Shown piece after piece: positions 1 to 14,527 of a stretch of DNA of 64,000 nt; the first letter of the stretch is position 1; each line of letters begins with the position of its first letter. The position numbers and the translations under genes were made by a program. The DNA is taken from contig MU058198.1 of the NCBI GenBank assembly GCA_013265495.1, positions 6,215,779 to 6,279,778 of the forward strand, in the 5' to 3' direction. Under the pieces are notes generated by a model, which ran no database searches, was not told the origin of the DNA, and was given only the letters and a program-made list of their open reading frames with translations. The stretch comes from Vicugna vicugna. Its lineage: Eukaryota.

Positions 1-2440
1 TGAGCATCGCAGTACCCTGATCACACAAGCACAGTGAAGAGGCACTGGCTGTCAGGGGAGGACAGGTGCAAGGGGGCAAAGTAGGATGTGGGATTTACAT
101 CTCACCTCCAAGCAGGAGGTGAGAATGGGCGCAGCCCTGGACTCTCCAGGATGATGGGAGTAAAGATGGAGAGAAGTGACCCACCCAGAGGGGAAATGCA
201 CTGGTCCTGGGGTGACCGGACATGGGGGTAAGACTCACAGATGTCTGCTTGCATAGGCAGGTCCACCCTGGAGAGATCCGCGGAAATAGAACTGGGTTTG
301 GGGAAGCCCCGGGAGTAGGTCCTGGCCATGTTGAATTTTGATACCTTTGAGAATCCAGAGTGGAAACAACAAAGAGGCAGCTGGATATGGGGTGCGACTG
401 TGGAGGGAGTAAGAATGCGGGAGTCCTGGTACGTGTGTGCCCACTGAGGCTAATGTCAAGAGGGCCTAGAACTGACCTTGGGAGCATCACCATTTCACAG
501 AACAGAGAGGAGGGGTGGGAGGGGGGCTCACACAGCCCAGAGGAGTGGCTGGTGGGAACCCAGGGGGAGGGTATGTGCCCATCACTCATCCCCCGGGCAG
601 CTGGGAGTTGTTGGGGGAGTAGAGGGTGGATGGCAGATGGCACTGGGAGGAGCCGTGAGTGGGCGGTGAGGAGGTGGAGACCAGCCCTTCCAAAAGTTTC
701 CCTACAACAGACAGGAGAGAGAGCAGAGCTGGCGGGGAGCGGGGTCCTCGCGTCCCTCCCGGCACCAGTCGCGGGGATAGGGAAAGAGGGGGCCCTCCAC
801 TGCGCAGGAACAATGTACGTGCACAGCGATCTCCCCCAGGTGGGGGTCTGGCTGCTCTGTATCTGCTCAGCGCCCTGTGAGTCCTTACCCAGGAAGGAGG
901 CTTGGATGAGAGAAGTGAGAGACCCAGGCCCAACTCCCACCCTCACCCTATTCTCAAATCTCCTCAAACTGCCTAGATTTTCTTAAAGACCCTTGTTTGC
1001 CGTCAGTCCTGGCCTTTGCTCACACGGTTGCCTGTGCCTGAGAACGCCTTCTGCCACCCACCACCCATCTGGCCTGGAGCGCTGTGTGTGCCTTTAAAAA
1101 CCTGGCTTGGGGGTCTCATCTGTGCAGGCTTTTCTAGCCTCTGCCTCCCACGGGGTGGTGCTCAGCCCTCCCTTCGCCTGGAGTCACCTCCAGGAGACCC
1201 GATCGCAGCCCCCAGGGTATTTTGCTGGGGACTCACAGCTAAAAACTGCAGTTAATTCCAGCCCTGGTCTATTTCCTCCTGTCTTCCATGGGATTATGTG
1301 AGAGCGCACAGGCAAGGCCCTCGAAAAGCGCCTGCAACAGGAGGTACTGCACAACTATAATTAACAGTATAATGATTACAGACGGTTAATAACTTGTTGA
1401 GCCCCTAAGGGTCTAGGTGCCAGGGACAAAGCAGAAGCCAAGAAAGCACGCCCTGATCTGGAGGTGTGCGCGTGCTCTGGATAGAGGCCGACAGACAGAC
1501 GTGAGTAGCGAAAGAACAAGTTCGCAGACTGGTAGTCGGAGCAAGGGGATGTGACGGGGTGATCTGATCCTGGGGGAAGAGCTGCCTCCTCCCAGCCTTT
1601 TGTCCCCACCGCCCACTGTGGCTTTCCAGAGGGAGGCGGGATGTTTGCTCAGTCGGCTGACTTCCCCCTCGAGTCCAATCAACAGGGTCTCATTTCCTTC
1701 TGCACGTTGTTAAACCAGATCTGAACATCAAGCATTCAAGAAAGCCCCGATCTGCAAATATTTACCTTTCATCTGGCAGCTTCCGCCCCTCCCCTGGGAG
1801 GCCCGATTAAGACAACCTCCTTGGGGATGACAGGCAGGGTGAGTCTGGGAGGGTTTAATTCCAGAGACTCAGAGCTGGGACAGGCGAGGCTGCTGGGAGT
1901 CAGGGTGTGCAGGCTCTCCCTCCCCTACAAACCCAACACGGAAGCACACTGACCCCTACACACACACACATGCACACAAATAAATGCACACACATCCATG
2001 GCTTTCTTCCACACACCATATTTCAAAAGCCCTGAAAACGGTTCAGACTCTGCCCCATCATTCCCCAGACCCATAATCGGCTCCTGCAGAGAAAAATCCA
2101 ACAGGACCAGGCAGGAGGGAGGAGGTGGGGAGGCAGTACAGGCCCCTCCTGCTCCATCAGCCCCCACAGGACATCATCTTGACCTCAGTCAGGGGTGCCT
2201 CTCCCACTGGTAGGAATAGCGGGGGGCACCCAGGAGACCACACACCCTCTCTCAGGGCCTGTCTTATCCTATACCCCTCTTCTGAATTCACAACCTGCCT
2301 CCCACCTCACCCACCCATTTGTTGTGGTTATTAATATGATTATTAGATTATTAATTTGTAAAATACTGCCTCTGTCTCCATCCTAACTTAATTATTACCA
2401 AGCTTTATACTTCACATCAGTAGCGGGAGGGACAAGAAGT

Positions 2441-2464
2441 CACACACACACACACACACACACA
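2441..2464. repeat. (CA)12 microsatellite
   Basis: Read directly from the sequence. Confidence 0.97.
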
Positions 2465-4187
2465 ATGCCCTCCATGCGCCCCCACTGTGCTCACAATGTT
2501 ACCTGGGTTATCAAATTTGAGCCAGGATGCTGAGAGCTCTCGGTTCTCCTACTGTGGGTCAGAGGAACCCAGCCCAGAGAGGCTCAGTGACTTGCCCCAA
2601 GTCACACAGCAGTTAGGTGACAAAGCTGGAAAATTCAGTTCAGGGGACGCCCTAAACTCATATTCTTTCCACAGCAGTCCCGTTCTCCAAGGAGCAGGAA
2701 ATGTGGGCAAGTGGGGTCAAGAATCTCTTTCCTCGAGTCCCTGGCTATAATTCTGGGGACTTTGGCCGCTGCAGGTCAGCCCTACTGCTGGGCCCGCTGC
2801 AGACCTGTGCAGACGTGTGTCCGTGTGCTCTGAGCTCTTTGTAGGGAAGGTACCAAAAAAAAAAAAAAAAAAACCAGCCCAGCTGAAATGTTCTCCTTGG
2901 AGAGGAAAGGAAATAAAATTTGATGAACCTCTGCATAATGTTCAAGTTATGAACGTGTAAAGTGATATTCCGCACATATGCTGGAAAGCATTTATCTTCT
3001 CCCACGTCACTGGGGCCTGAGCTGTTAGCCAGCAGCAAACAGCAGCTTCTTGCTGCCAAGGTACAAAGAGGTCTTGCCTTCCGCCTCAGCAAAACAAGGG
3101 TACCCGTGGACGCCCCAGGCTCTCTCACAGCCGAAGTGACAGCTGATGCAGTGCTAATGGGGCGGTTTTAGACGTCAGGCTGCTTTCAAGATTTCCTGAG
3201 CGCCTGCTCTGGGTCCCGTGCTATGCCAGTCATGCCACCTTCCTAGCGAATACGCTCTGGCTGCAGCCGTGGGCGACCTCCGTTAGCCTAACCTCCCTGG
3301 CCACAGCTGACCTGACCTGGGACTTTGGTGCAGGGACGCTGGGACGCCGAATCTGCCTGATGCTGATGGAGCTTGAGCTGAAAGGGCATGAGGTAGTCAG
3401 GGCTGAGGTCCCCAAAGAGAAGAATTCAGCCAATCTCACACACACACACACCCCCTAAACTAACTCCTCAGAATGTTTAATGAGTACCTATTAGGTGCCT
3501 AGCCGAGTCTCAGGTGCTCAAAATAGAGTGGGGAGAAAGACAGCAGAGCGCTCTATCAGCAGAGCCCCAGTCTACAAACTACCAAACAGATAAACAGAAT
3601 AATTTCAGGTGGTGCAGGTGCAATGAAAAAACAGCAATAGGATGAAGAATGGCTAGGACAGGATGAATGAGGTTGTGTAATTTAGACCAAGTGATTAAGG
3701 AAGGTCTCACTGAGCAGGTGACATCTGAGCTGAGACCGTAGTGAGCCAGCCAGGTGAGTATTCCAGGCAGGGGCACAGGAGGTGCAAAGGCCCAGAGGTG
3801 GGGATGAGCTTGCTGTGTTCAAGAGACAGAAGGGAGAGTCATATGGCAAAGGAGAGATGATGGGGTCTGCAGCAGTCAGAGAGAGGTCCCAGGGTGGCCC
3901 CCACTATCCCTCACCATGCAACCCTTGCCTTGAAACCCTTCCACATGCCCCACAGAGAGTTCAATTCCTTAATGCTGCTCAGCTCCACAGCCTCCTTCCC
4001 CTTTTTCTTCCTCAGGTTCTGTCATCAGTTCTTAGAACCTTTTAGTTCCCTGCCACTGAAAGGCATTATTGCATGTCTAGTCAGCTACCCCCAAAACAGA
4101 GTCTGTGGCAAAGATTTAGGAGCATGTAGTTTATTTAGGAGGTGGTCCCAGGAAATAATGATAACCACATATATGCATACATACATC

Positions 4188-4230
4188 TATCCATCCTTCC
4201 ACCCAACCATCCATCCATCCATCCATACAT
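4188..4230. repeat. Imperfect (TCCA)n tetranucleotide repeat, probably derived from an L2 tail
   Basis: atccatccttccacccaaccatccatccatccatccatacat. Confidence 0.85.
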
Positions 4231-4634
4231 GACCCACCATTTATTGCCTCCTCCTCTATTCCCAGCTGGACTCTAAGGACTCTAAGGTCAGGTACAGTCC
4301 CTGACTCATGAGGAGTCCTCCCCTTTTAGCAACCATCACCAATCCCACTGCTAAGTCCTTTTTCTTCACTCAGTGCTGTGACAGAGCTCGAGAAGGAAAC
4401 CTTGGTTCAGCCTCCTATGGCCCTATATTGGTTCTAAGAAGCATGGAGGCAAATGGCCAACACTCAAAGTTGATTCCCTTCTTGGTTTCTCAGGCTCTGA
4501 ACAGATAAACCCAAGGCAACCTCATGCCTCATAAAACATTAAAATGTCACAGAAATTCCAACATAGTAGGGTCCAAACTCTGCCTCACCCAGCCTGCCCC
4601 TTCCACCCCACCACCTCCCAGAACATTTCGGTCA

Positions 4635-4901
<267 letters not shown>

Positions 4902-6249
4902 TCATGGTGAGGGTGGGCAGGGGACAGAAAACCACACCCATAAGACATCCAGACCTGAGCGGGTGCTACTGTAGAGAAGAGTAGGGCTTGGTCCCTGCCC
5001 CGCCCATGTCGGCTCTGGGAGACAGCATTATCTGTACACTGTGATGCAGGCACGGCAGAGTTCATTATTGGGAGGTAGGCAGAGAATAAGTCATCCCATC
5101 CACAGGTTGGTATTAGGGCAAGTTATCAGAATGCAACAATGTTTGCACTGGGTCTTGGAGGATGAGTGAGAGTTTGCCAGGGAAAAGGGCATTCCAGGAG
5201 GAGGAATGAGCCTGTGCCAAGGCATAGAGACAGGGGGCCGTAGGAAGCATTCCACAAACCTTAGGAGGTTTAGGGGGCTGGATGAGGGGGCATGAGGAGA
5301 TTAGTGGGAGTTGATGATGGAGCAGTAGATGGGGGACAGGTATCCAAGTAGCTGGGCTTTTCCACGAGAGTTAAATTACCCTTGTTCATGAGTGACCCGG
5401 GCAAAGGTGCCCTCACCTCTCTGCCTCACACAGCACCTCGTCACAATCCTTGCTGCAAGGCTTAAAGGAGATGATCCAATAAAAACATCTCAGAACAGTG
5501 CCTGGCATGTAGTTCGCACCCAAGAAAGGTTTGTTCTCGTTACCGTCATCACTATTGTCAACATTCTTACTACCCACTGCTACCTGACTTGGTTTCCAAG
5601 CTCCTTCTCTGTTAGATCAAAGCTCTTAGCTCACACTTCCTCTGTGCACAGCTGGGGACTCTTGGCAGCCCTCACCTGCGGTGTATGTTGAGCCAGCTAG
5701 AACTAGGGAATCTGTCCTATCCACGTCAGGAAAGAAAGGAAGGGTCCTGTGGAGCTAGGAGATTGGTGGGCAGGATGCTGGTCTCCTATGACCCGGTGCC
5801 CATTCTAGAAATGGCCTCCTGCCGGATTCCTCTGATCAAGACTGTGCGGTAACATTTAGAACCAGGAGTAGGGTACCTGCCTTGCTCCAGTCATATCTGG
5901 TCTGGCTCCTGGGCCTCTGTTCCCTAGTCTCTGCCTTGATAACTTGTTTTCTCCACATCAAGGGCTCAGTTTTGTTGTCAACCCTGCACTGTCAACCCTC
6001 CAAACCTCGCTTCCACTAGCTTCCCACTGGGTCTCCCAACATCAGCGACCCTGCAGCCCACCTCCCATGCCCACCGCTCTTCTCTTTGTCGGCCTCAGAG
6101 CACCCAGAAGGAAAGCAAGGGGAAATCTGAGGATTCAGCCTTTCTCCCAGGGACCCCCGTCATCATCATATCTATCCCTTATCACTAAACCCATTCATAG
6201 ATTCCCCTGTTCTTTTACAACGAGCTAGTTTAGAGCCCCCAGACTCTGA

Positions 6250-7070
6250 GTATCTATAATAGACAGCCATGGGGTGTCAGCCTGGCCCTGTCCACCCAAG
6301 GGCCCAGAGGTTATTGGAGGAGGGCTGAACATCTGGCCAAAGCTGGTCCAATCAAATACTCTCTCTTCTGAGCAATGAAGCTGAAGATTCTAGCTCAGTC
6401 TAGGATATCTGTTTGAACTAGAGTGAGGGAAATTCAGAACTTGAGGATGGAGAATAAAGAAGCAGTCTTATTCTGGGATTCCATGAGTCTATGTCTGTTG
6501 GTTTGGCTTTCCCAGCATCTATTCTGTAAAGGGACCACTTCTCATCCCTCCTTTTCAGCCATGTGGTTTGTGTAGACCTGGCCTCTCCCCTAAACTTTAG
6601 GGGTGTGCACACGACCTAGACCTGGCTAATGATGGTGTCACTTCCCTCTGGTTCAGGGGTGGGCATGTGACACCCAAGTCAGGATACTGAGACTCAGTCC
6701 CAGGCTTTTGCTAAAGCTTTGGAAAACAGAGCTCATCTTTTTTCTGGGGTGCCAGGATTTGAACCAGGAGCTGCTGCAGCCCATCCTGCCACCCTCCCTA
6801 GCCTGAGAATGAACCTGACTTAAAAAAAGACCAAAGCCACCAAAAGGAGTTAGATCTCTCAGCTGAAGCCATTATCCCTGGACTTTTAATGATGGGAACC
6901 CAAATTCCTTTTTTTTTTAAATTTTTTTTCCCTTGAGCCAGTTTGAATTAGGTTTCTGTCATTAGCAACAAAAGTTCTTACACAATTACTTTCTATAAAT
7001 TCCCTTCTTTTGCATAAGTTAGTTTTGAAGGGATTTTTCTAGTCTTTACAACCAAGGATCTTAACTATGA
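6250..7070 (+). mobile_element. Old MaLR LTRs (MLT1K/L-like)
   Basis: ggttcaggggtgggcatgtgac...gcctgagaatgaa...gagccagtttgaattaggtttctgtcattagcaac. Confidence 0.65.
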
Positions 7071-7219
7071 TCAGGTCTATCTCCCAGCTCTGATTATCCA
7101 ACCATGGGGGAACATCACTCCCTATCACATACCCTTGTTTAATTTCACCAGAGTCTTCATAACACCCTGTAATTTTCTTGTATCTTTCCCACTATGATTT
7201 ATTATTCTGTTAGTTTTTT

Positions 7220-10200
7220 GAACTAAACGTTTTATTTTGAGATCATTATAAATTCACATGCAGTGGCAAGAAATAATTCAGAGATCCCATGTACTCTTTA
7301 CCCAGTTTCGCCAGATGGTGACATCTCGTGAATATAGTTCACAACCAGGATATCGACACTGCTGACACAATCAAGATACATGACGTTTCCATCTGTCACC
7401 ACAATGATCCCTCCTGTTGCCGTTTTATAGCCACATCCCTCCCAACCTCTGGCAGCCACCAATCAGTTCTTCATTTCCATCATCTTGTCACTTCAAGAAC
7501 ATTATATAAATGGAGCCGCACAGCGCGTATGTTTGGGATAGGCTTTTTTTGCTCAGCATAATTCTCTGGAGATTCATTCAAGTTGTGTGTGTCAACAGTT
7601 CGTTCCTTTATATTGCTGAACAGGATTCCTAGAGCAATGAATGAGCGGCTCTCATCCTAGCCAGCCCCCTGCTTATTAATTTTAGCTATTCTGATAGACA
7701 CGTAGAAATCTCTCTTGGTGGCTTTCACTTGCGTTTCCCCAATGCTGTTGAACATCTTTTCGTTTGCTTATTTGCCATCTGCATATCCTCTTTGGTAAAA
7801 TGCCTGTTCATGCTTTTTGCCCACTTTCTAACTGGACTGTTTTGCTGTTGTCATTGTTTACTGTTGAGTTTTGCATGGTTTTATATATCCTAGATGCTAG
7901 TCCCTTGTCAAATATGAGGTTTACAATAGTTTCTTCCCAGCCCACAGCTTACCTTTTCAACCTCTTACCAAGGTTTTTTCACAGAGCAAATCTATTCTAT
8001 CATTTTTCCTTTTATGCTTTTGATGTCAAGTCTAAGAACTCTTTGCCAGCTCTTAATCCCCAAAGACTTTTTTCCTAAAAATTTTACAGTTTTATATTTT
8101 ATATTGAGGTCCATGATCCATTTTGAGTTAATTTTTATATACGGTAAGGAGTTTAGATCAAGATTGATTTTTTTTTTGGTCTATGAATAGCCAATATTTC
8201 CAGCACCATTTGCTGAAAAAACTATTGCCTGCTCCTCTGAATGAATCTGCACCTTTGTCAAAAATCAACTGAGCGTATTTGTGTGGGTCTATTTCTTTAT
8301 TCTGTTCCATCGATCTGTGTGCCCATCCCTCTACCAATAACACACAGTCTGGGTTACTGTAGAAACATAATAAGTTTTGAAATTGGGTAGACTAATTCCT
8401 CCCACTTTATTCTTCTTTCTCAAAATGATTTTAGCTATTCTAGTTCCTTTGCCTTCCCTAAGAAGTTTTATAATAATCTTGTCTAAACCTATGAGAAATG
8501 TTGCTGAGATTTAATGGGAATTACATTAAACCTCTCCACCAACTTGAAGAGAATCAACATCTTTACCATGAACATGGTATATCTCTCCACTTATTTAGAC
8601 TTTCTTTTATTTCTTTTATTGGCATTTTGTGGTTTTCAGCATGGAAGTCCTGTAGATATTTTGTTAGATTTATGACTCATTCACTTTTTTGAGTATAAAT
8701 GGTATTATATTTTGAGTTTTATTGTCCAACTGTTCTTTGCTAGTTTGTAGAAGTTTATATTGAGTTTTGTATTTTAATCTTGTGTCCTGAGACCATACTG
8801 AACTCGTTTATTAGGTCAAGGCATTTTGGAAGTGTAGATTTCTTAGATTTTTCTACATAGACAATCATGTCATCTGCAAATAGGTATAGCTATTTCTTCT
8901 TTTCCAATCTGTATGCCTTTTACTTACTTTTCATGCCTTATTGCACTAGAAAGAACTTCCAGTACTGTGTTGAGTAAGAGTATTCTCAGTCTTAGAGAGA
9001 AAGCATTCAACTTTTTACCATTAAGTATAATGTTAGCTGCAGGTGTTCTGCACATATTCTTTATCAAGTTGAGGAATTTCCCCTTTATTCCTAGCTTTCT
9101 GCAAATTTTTTTTAAAAAATCATAAATGGATGTTGAATTTTGTCAAATATTTTCTTCTGCATTGACTGACATGATTACGTGGTTTTCCCTTTATGTCCCT
9201 TAACCTTCTCTTATTGGTAACACAATTGCCTTAAATATTTCCTCTGAGTAATTGAGAATTACATCAGGCCATGTTACAATTTTTGCTTCAGTCATCAAGC
9301 ATGATTCAGAAAACTCAAGAAGAAAGTAAACATATTATTTCTTCATTCCTAATGTTCCAAGATTCCTTCTTTAAATTTTTTTTTCTGTTTTGGGAAATTC
9401 CTTTAGCCATTCTTTTAGGATAGGTCTGCTAGCAATAAATTTTCTTAGTTTTCCTTCACCTGAGAATGTCTTGATTTCCCCTTCCTTCTCCTGAAAGATA
9501 TTTTTGCTAGAAACAGAATTCTGAATTGACAGTTCTTTTCTTTCAGCACTTGAAACATGACAATCACTTCCCTCTACTCTCATGGTTTCTAATGCAAAAT
9601 CCACTGTTTAAATTGGTTTTCCCTACAGTTAAGGTATTGCTTCTCTCTTGCTGCTTTCAATATTTTTTCTTTGACTTAAGTTTTTTAAAATTTTTTATTT
9701 TGGGGGGGGCAGTAATTAGGTTTTATTTATTTATTTAATGGAGGTACTGGGGCTTGAACCCAGAACCTTCTGCATACTAAGCACACACTGTACCACTGAG
9801 CTATACCCTCCTCCCAACTTCAGTTTTTTTAAAGACACCATTTGACTATGGTGTGTCAGGCTGTGGATTTCTTTGGGTTTATACTGTTTGGAGACTCACT
9901 TAGCTTGACTCTGTAGATTTATGCCTTTTACAAAATTGGAGAAGTTGTCAGCCATCATTTCTCCGAGTACTTTTTCAGTACCCTCTTTCCCCTCCTCTTC
10001 TGGCAGTCCAATGTTAGAGCTTTTGTTATAGTCCCAGAGGTCCCTGCGGCTCTGTTCATTTTTGTTTTTAAGTCAGTGTTCTCTTTGTTGTTCAGACTGG
10101 GTAACTTCTATCTTCAACTTCACTGATTCTTCCCTCTGTCCTCTCCGTTCTGCTGTTGAGCCTATCCACTGAGTTTTTTTATTTCTGTTATTTCATTTTC

Positions 10201-11442
10201 CAGTTCTAAAATTTCCACTTGTTTCTTCTTTGTATCTTCTAATTCCTTCCTAGGACTTTATTTTTTTTCATTTGTTTCAAAGTGTTTGTATTTGTTTATA
10301 GAAGTCTTTTAATAATGATTGCCTTGTAATCTTTCCCAGGTCATTCTAACATCTCTGTTATCTCAGTATTGGAATTTACTGAGTCTCTTTGTACTTTCAA
10401 GTTGAGATCTTCCCAGGTCTTGATATGGTGAGTTATTTTTTGTTGTAACCTTGACATTTGGGATTGTTTTTTTTTTTTATGAGACTCTGGATCTTGTTTA
10501 AACCTTCTGCTTTAGCTGGCTTCCTCTGACACCATTGTGATAAAGGAAGGGGGGAACACTGCCTTGTTACTGCCAGGAAGGAACAGAAGTCCAGGGTTCC
10601 CACTGAGCCAACACTGACGTTCAAGGTGGAAAGGCTCCTGGTTACTGCTGGGCAGAAGTGGGAGTTCTGACCTCCTTAGGCCTCTGCAGATACTGCTCTG
10701 GTTGGGAGGGGCAGGAGTGCCTTATTACTGCTCCCCAGTTTGCCTCCACTGACACCACAGGGAGGTGGTTGACTTCATTACCACCAGGCAGTGGTATAAA
10801 TCCTGGCTGTCCACGACTTCTCCTCTGACACCATTCCAGAAGCAGGTGTTGGGGTGGGGGGAGCACCTTGTTACTGCCTGCTGGGGAGTTGCCACTAACA
10901 CTCAAGGGTGCATGGGGCTTATTACTGTCAAGCAGGGTGAACGTCACAGCTGCCTACCCTGATGCCCCTCAGCAGGACACAGGGGCGCAGTTAGGTGCCT
11001 CAAGACAGCCTCATGACGTGAAATCCGAACTTGGCATGAGGAAGGTGGAGCCACAGGGTGGTTTTTTGGTTTTGTTTTGTTTTTTTCTGTGATGTGTGAC
11101 TGGGTAGAGCAGTTCTTGCTAAAAGTATTCTGTCTTGGCAGGCTGCCCCTTTCCTGGTTATTTGGCTACAGAAAGCAGGCTTTTATTGGGGCTTTTGAGG
11201 GGAAGGTGTCTGTATCCTTTGGCGTTTCTGAGTTGCTGACTTCAGCTCCAAATCTGGGATCTGTGAGACAAAAAGTACTTACCAATGTGTTAACCCTCAG
11301 TCCTTAGCCAGCCTACTCTCTTTCTTCCACCTTCCAGAGGCCTGTTATGTTTCTCTTACATATAATGCCCAGGGAGTTCACTTGCACTTAGCATGAGAGC
11401 AGGGGGAAGTCAGTCTGCTCCGTCTTCCCCGAAGTTCAAGTC
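7220..11442 (-). mobile_element. Ancient L1 (L1MC-like), internally deleted, with remnants of the 3' UTR, ORF2, ORF1 and the repetitive 5' region
   Basis: ORF2-like peptide EIDPHKYAQLIFDKGA...FSKWCW (8158-8343) and ORF1-like peptide EGEIKTFSGEGKLRKFIASRPILKEWLK (9371-9604). Recurring ccttgttactgc units at 10560-10930. Confidence 0.88.
9681..9815 (-). mobile_element. tRNA-Ala-derived SINE (camelid Vic-1-like), inserted into an L1
   Basis: The minus strand reads GGGAGGAGGGTATAGCTCAGTGGTACAG...GGGTTCAAGCCCCAGTACCTCCA, then AAATAAATAAAACCTAATTAC and an A-rich tail. Degenerate TSD acttaagttttttaaa / acttcagtttttttaaa. Confidence 0.88.
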
Positions 11443-12916
11443 ATTCTGATTTGTTTTTGGGTCGTCTCCCTCCACATACCAGAATGTCAGTGTCATGAAA
11501 ACAGGAGCTTTGTTTCATTCACTGCTATATTTTTAGCACCTTAAACAGTGCTTGGCACAGAGTAGGTGCTCAATAAATATTTGTAGAATGAATAAATACA
11601 GATAAAACAAGAACAGGTAGGAAAAAAAAACAGATATTAAAAACACTGTTCTGCTTTTGATGTAGCTGAGGGGCCCAGGGCTACATCTGTGAGTCTTCAA
11701 TTTCCCTGCCCCCCAAACCCTCAGGCTCCCAGGCCCCCAACGCAGGGCACAGGTTGAAAACCTCGAGGCTGGAATGCCTGCTGGTGTTTGCAGTTTACAC
11801 GGCTGGGCTGGTGCAGTGAGGTACGTGGGCGGTTGGCCTGGTTTTTGGAGCCAAGAGCAGAGTGGACACTGTGACACTGTTATGGGGGAAGGGGGTGGTG
11901 GGGGTGGATATCAACTGACTCTCTGTCCTCTGGGAGCTACAGAGGTGGGGCAGGGAAATGCCAGGGGACCAGATTCAGAGATGCATGGATGCTACCTTGA
12001 AATCTACCCCAGGCCCCTCTCAATGGAAAGATTATAACTGGGGTCCCTCCCTGCTGAGGGAGGCAGCCTTTGTCCACCTTCAGGCCAGACAGGCACAGAG
12101 TCCCTGTGTGAGGCAGGGTAAGACACAAATGCTCCATCCAGGCCATCCTCAGTGCCTGTGGACTAAAGGGACCAGGAGATGATGTGAGCAGGTTGTGGGG
12201 GCCCCTCCGGCCCATCCATGGCAACAGGGCAGCCGTGGGCACCACACTGCTCTCTCCCTGCAGTGGTCTTAGAGAAAAGGAGGCCAGCACCACCCTCCTC
12301 AGGGGAGACGAGTAAGAACAAGAGCCTCCTGCTGACCACACAGCCTCTAGGCAACACCAGCAAACACCCTCTCCCATGGCTCTTTGGGGCCAAGGGTCTT
12401 CCAGTACCCCCTCCCCCACTGCAAGGGTTCAACTTGCTGAAATGCCAGCTAAGCCCTACAGAGAGGGTGGGGCAGCCTGGGGTCCCCAGAAAGGGAAGGG
12501 GTTAGCCTACTGTTTCCACAAGGTCATGGAGGCTGGAAAGAAGGGGAGAGGAAGGAGGAGGAGAGGGGATTGTGGTGAGGCTACCACATTACACACAGAT
12601 GGGCCCCCAAAACAAACAGAGAGGCGCCACCGTCCTGGGACCTGGCCTAACTTGCTACTCTCATGCTGTGTGACCTGGGGCAAACTGCTTAACTTCTCTG
12701 GGCGTCCAGCTCTTAAAAGTTACAGCTCCATGATATTCCACTACCCTCAGTCTGTCAAGTGAATGCTCAGGATTGGGATTGCACCTGTGTGTGCTGGGGT
12801 AGGAGGGACCCTTTTCCCATCCCTCTCTGTTTTGATCAAATGCAAAACAGAAGTAGAAAGTGACTAGATTTCTATTCTCCCACCATCACCAGGAAAACTG
12901 GCATGTTCATTCCAAG

Positions 12917-13246
12917 CAGGGGTCACAAACTTCAATTCCTCCAGGGTCAGGCAGATGTCTAAGTGAGGAAGGTGTGGGTAAGGTAAGGCAATAGGCAACA
13001 GTGGGGACTGGGGTAAAGTGGCGAGCATATGCCTCATCTAAAGGGGCAACCTCTAATCAGCTGAAGCCACCTGCTGCCATGTGACAATGTGAGTTAGGCA
13101 CAGACAGACACCTCGATTTTTATGTAAATTTTTTACCATTCTGTATGTTAGAAATAAATGCAAATTAAAAAACAAACTGCGGCGGGCCAAACAAACCATC
13201 TACAGGCTGCATTCAGCTCTGGGCTGCAGGCACTTTGGAGCCTCTG
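12917..13246 (+). mobile_element. MER102 (hAT-Charlie)
   Basis: Left end CAGGGGTCACAAACT, internal catctaaaggggcaacc and cgggccaaacaaa, right end gcctctg. Confidence 0.75.
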
Positions 13247-14049
13247 AGGCTAATTGTGTGACTTGGACCTATGACCTTTCTGAGCCTGTGTCTTCATCCC
13301 TCCAGCAGGCAACCCCCCACCCCCGCCGCCTGTGCTGGTCAGTGGCAGGACTAGACGGTTCAGGGCCTGTAAAGTGCCTCCCACCGTGCCTGGTACACCG
13401 TAGATGCTGAATGACCTTAATCTCATCTGTCCCCTCCCCAAGCCAAGCAGCCACCTGTGTCCCCACATACCTCCCTCCCCAGGGGCTTGCCTTGGCATTG
13501 CCACAGGAGGACCTGGAGAGCTAAGACCAAGAGTTGAAAAAGGAGCCGGCAGGAGGAGGGCTGGAGGGCCCAGGGTGCAGGGCAGGGATGGGGTTCCACA
13601 GCTTAGGTGGGGCCCAAGGAAGGGAGTCGGGGGTAAGAAGAGGGTGCGGCCAGGGCTGGATCCCATCCTGGGAACAAACATGAACTGCAAGTCTGGGGAG
13701 ACTGGGGACAACAGAGAGCAAGGGGCCACTTACATGCCCACCAGATGTCTTCCACTTTGGACGTCTGGGTCACGTGCCTCTCAAAAAGTGAGTGAGACTG
13801 GCATTACCAACGGCCCCATGTCATTATCACCATTGATAATCATGGCCGCTTACAGAGCACTTACTGTGTATGAGCACTTTAAGAGCTGGGTGCCACGTGG
13901 TCCTTACAATAACCCCACTAAACCTGCATTATTGTGATCCATACTCTAGCGATGAAGAAGCTGAGGTCGGAGAGGACGGGTTGCTTGCCTTTAACAGCAA
14001 CGTTCGCAGAGCGCGGTCCCTGTGCGCAGTGCCTCGCCAGCGCTATTTC

Positions 14050-14527
14050 ACGCAGTCTCCAAAGACGGCTCCCCGTGAGCCAAGCCTCCTGGGGTTTATG
14101 CTTTGTGCAGCCCTTCCCCCTGGACTCTGGCCCCCTCACTTGCTCTTGAGCCAGAGAATGCAGCAGAAGAGACACTGTGCGACTTCTGAGGCAAAGTCAT
14201 AAAATAAACTTGTAGCTTCCACTTGGCTCTCTCAGAATGCTTGTTCTTGAGACACTCCCCAGGGTCCCAGCCACAGTGTTTGAGGAGCAAGTCCCACTGA
14301 CAGCCCCAGCAGACCCCTAGCACCAGCCAGGACTGACTGCCAGCGTTGTGAGGGGCCCTCTGGGACTGGCAGTGCCCCAGATGACTGAAGCATCTTGGAA
14401 GACCCCAAGCCAGGACCACCCAGCTGAGAGCAGTCAATCCACTGAATCATAAGACATAGTAACACATTTTTGTTTTAAACCACTTAATTTGGAGGTGATG
14501 TGTGATAAATCAACAGAGGACTGGAAC
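14050..14527 (+). mobile_element. MaLR solo LTR (MLT1H/G-like) splitting a MIR
   Basis: gcgacttctgaggc...ccacccagctgag...ttgttttaaaccacttaatttggaggtg. MIR halves lie at about 13840-14000 and 14530-14700. Confidence 0.72.

Noticed and set aside
95..986. Long overlapping ORFs of 290 aa (-) and 208 aa (+)
   Set aside because: Low-complexity P/S/G-rich translations over GC-rich, partly L2-like sequence. No recognisable domain, and not the GSG1L C-terminal exon.
10500..11000. Recurring ccttgttactgc-like units resembling a spaced repeat array
   Set aside because: The units are degenerate, irregularly spaced and lie in the 5' region of the old L1. This is not a CRISPR-like array.
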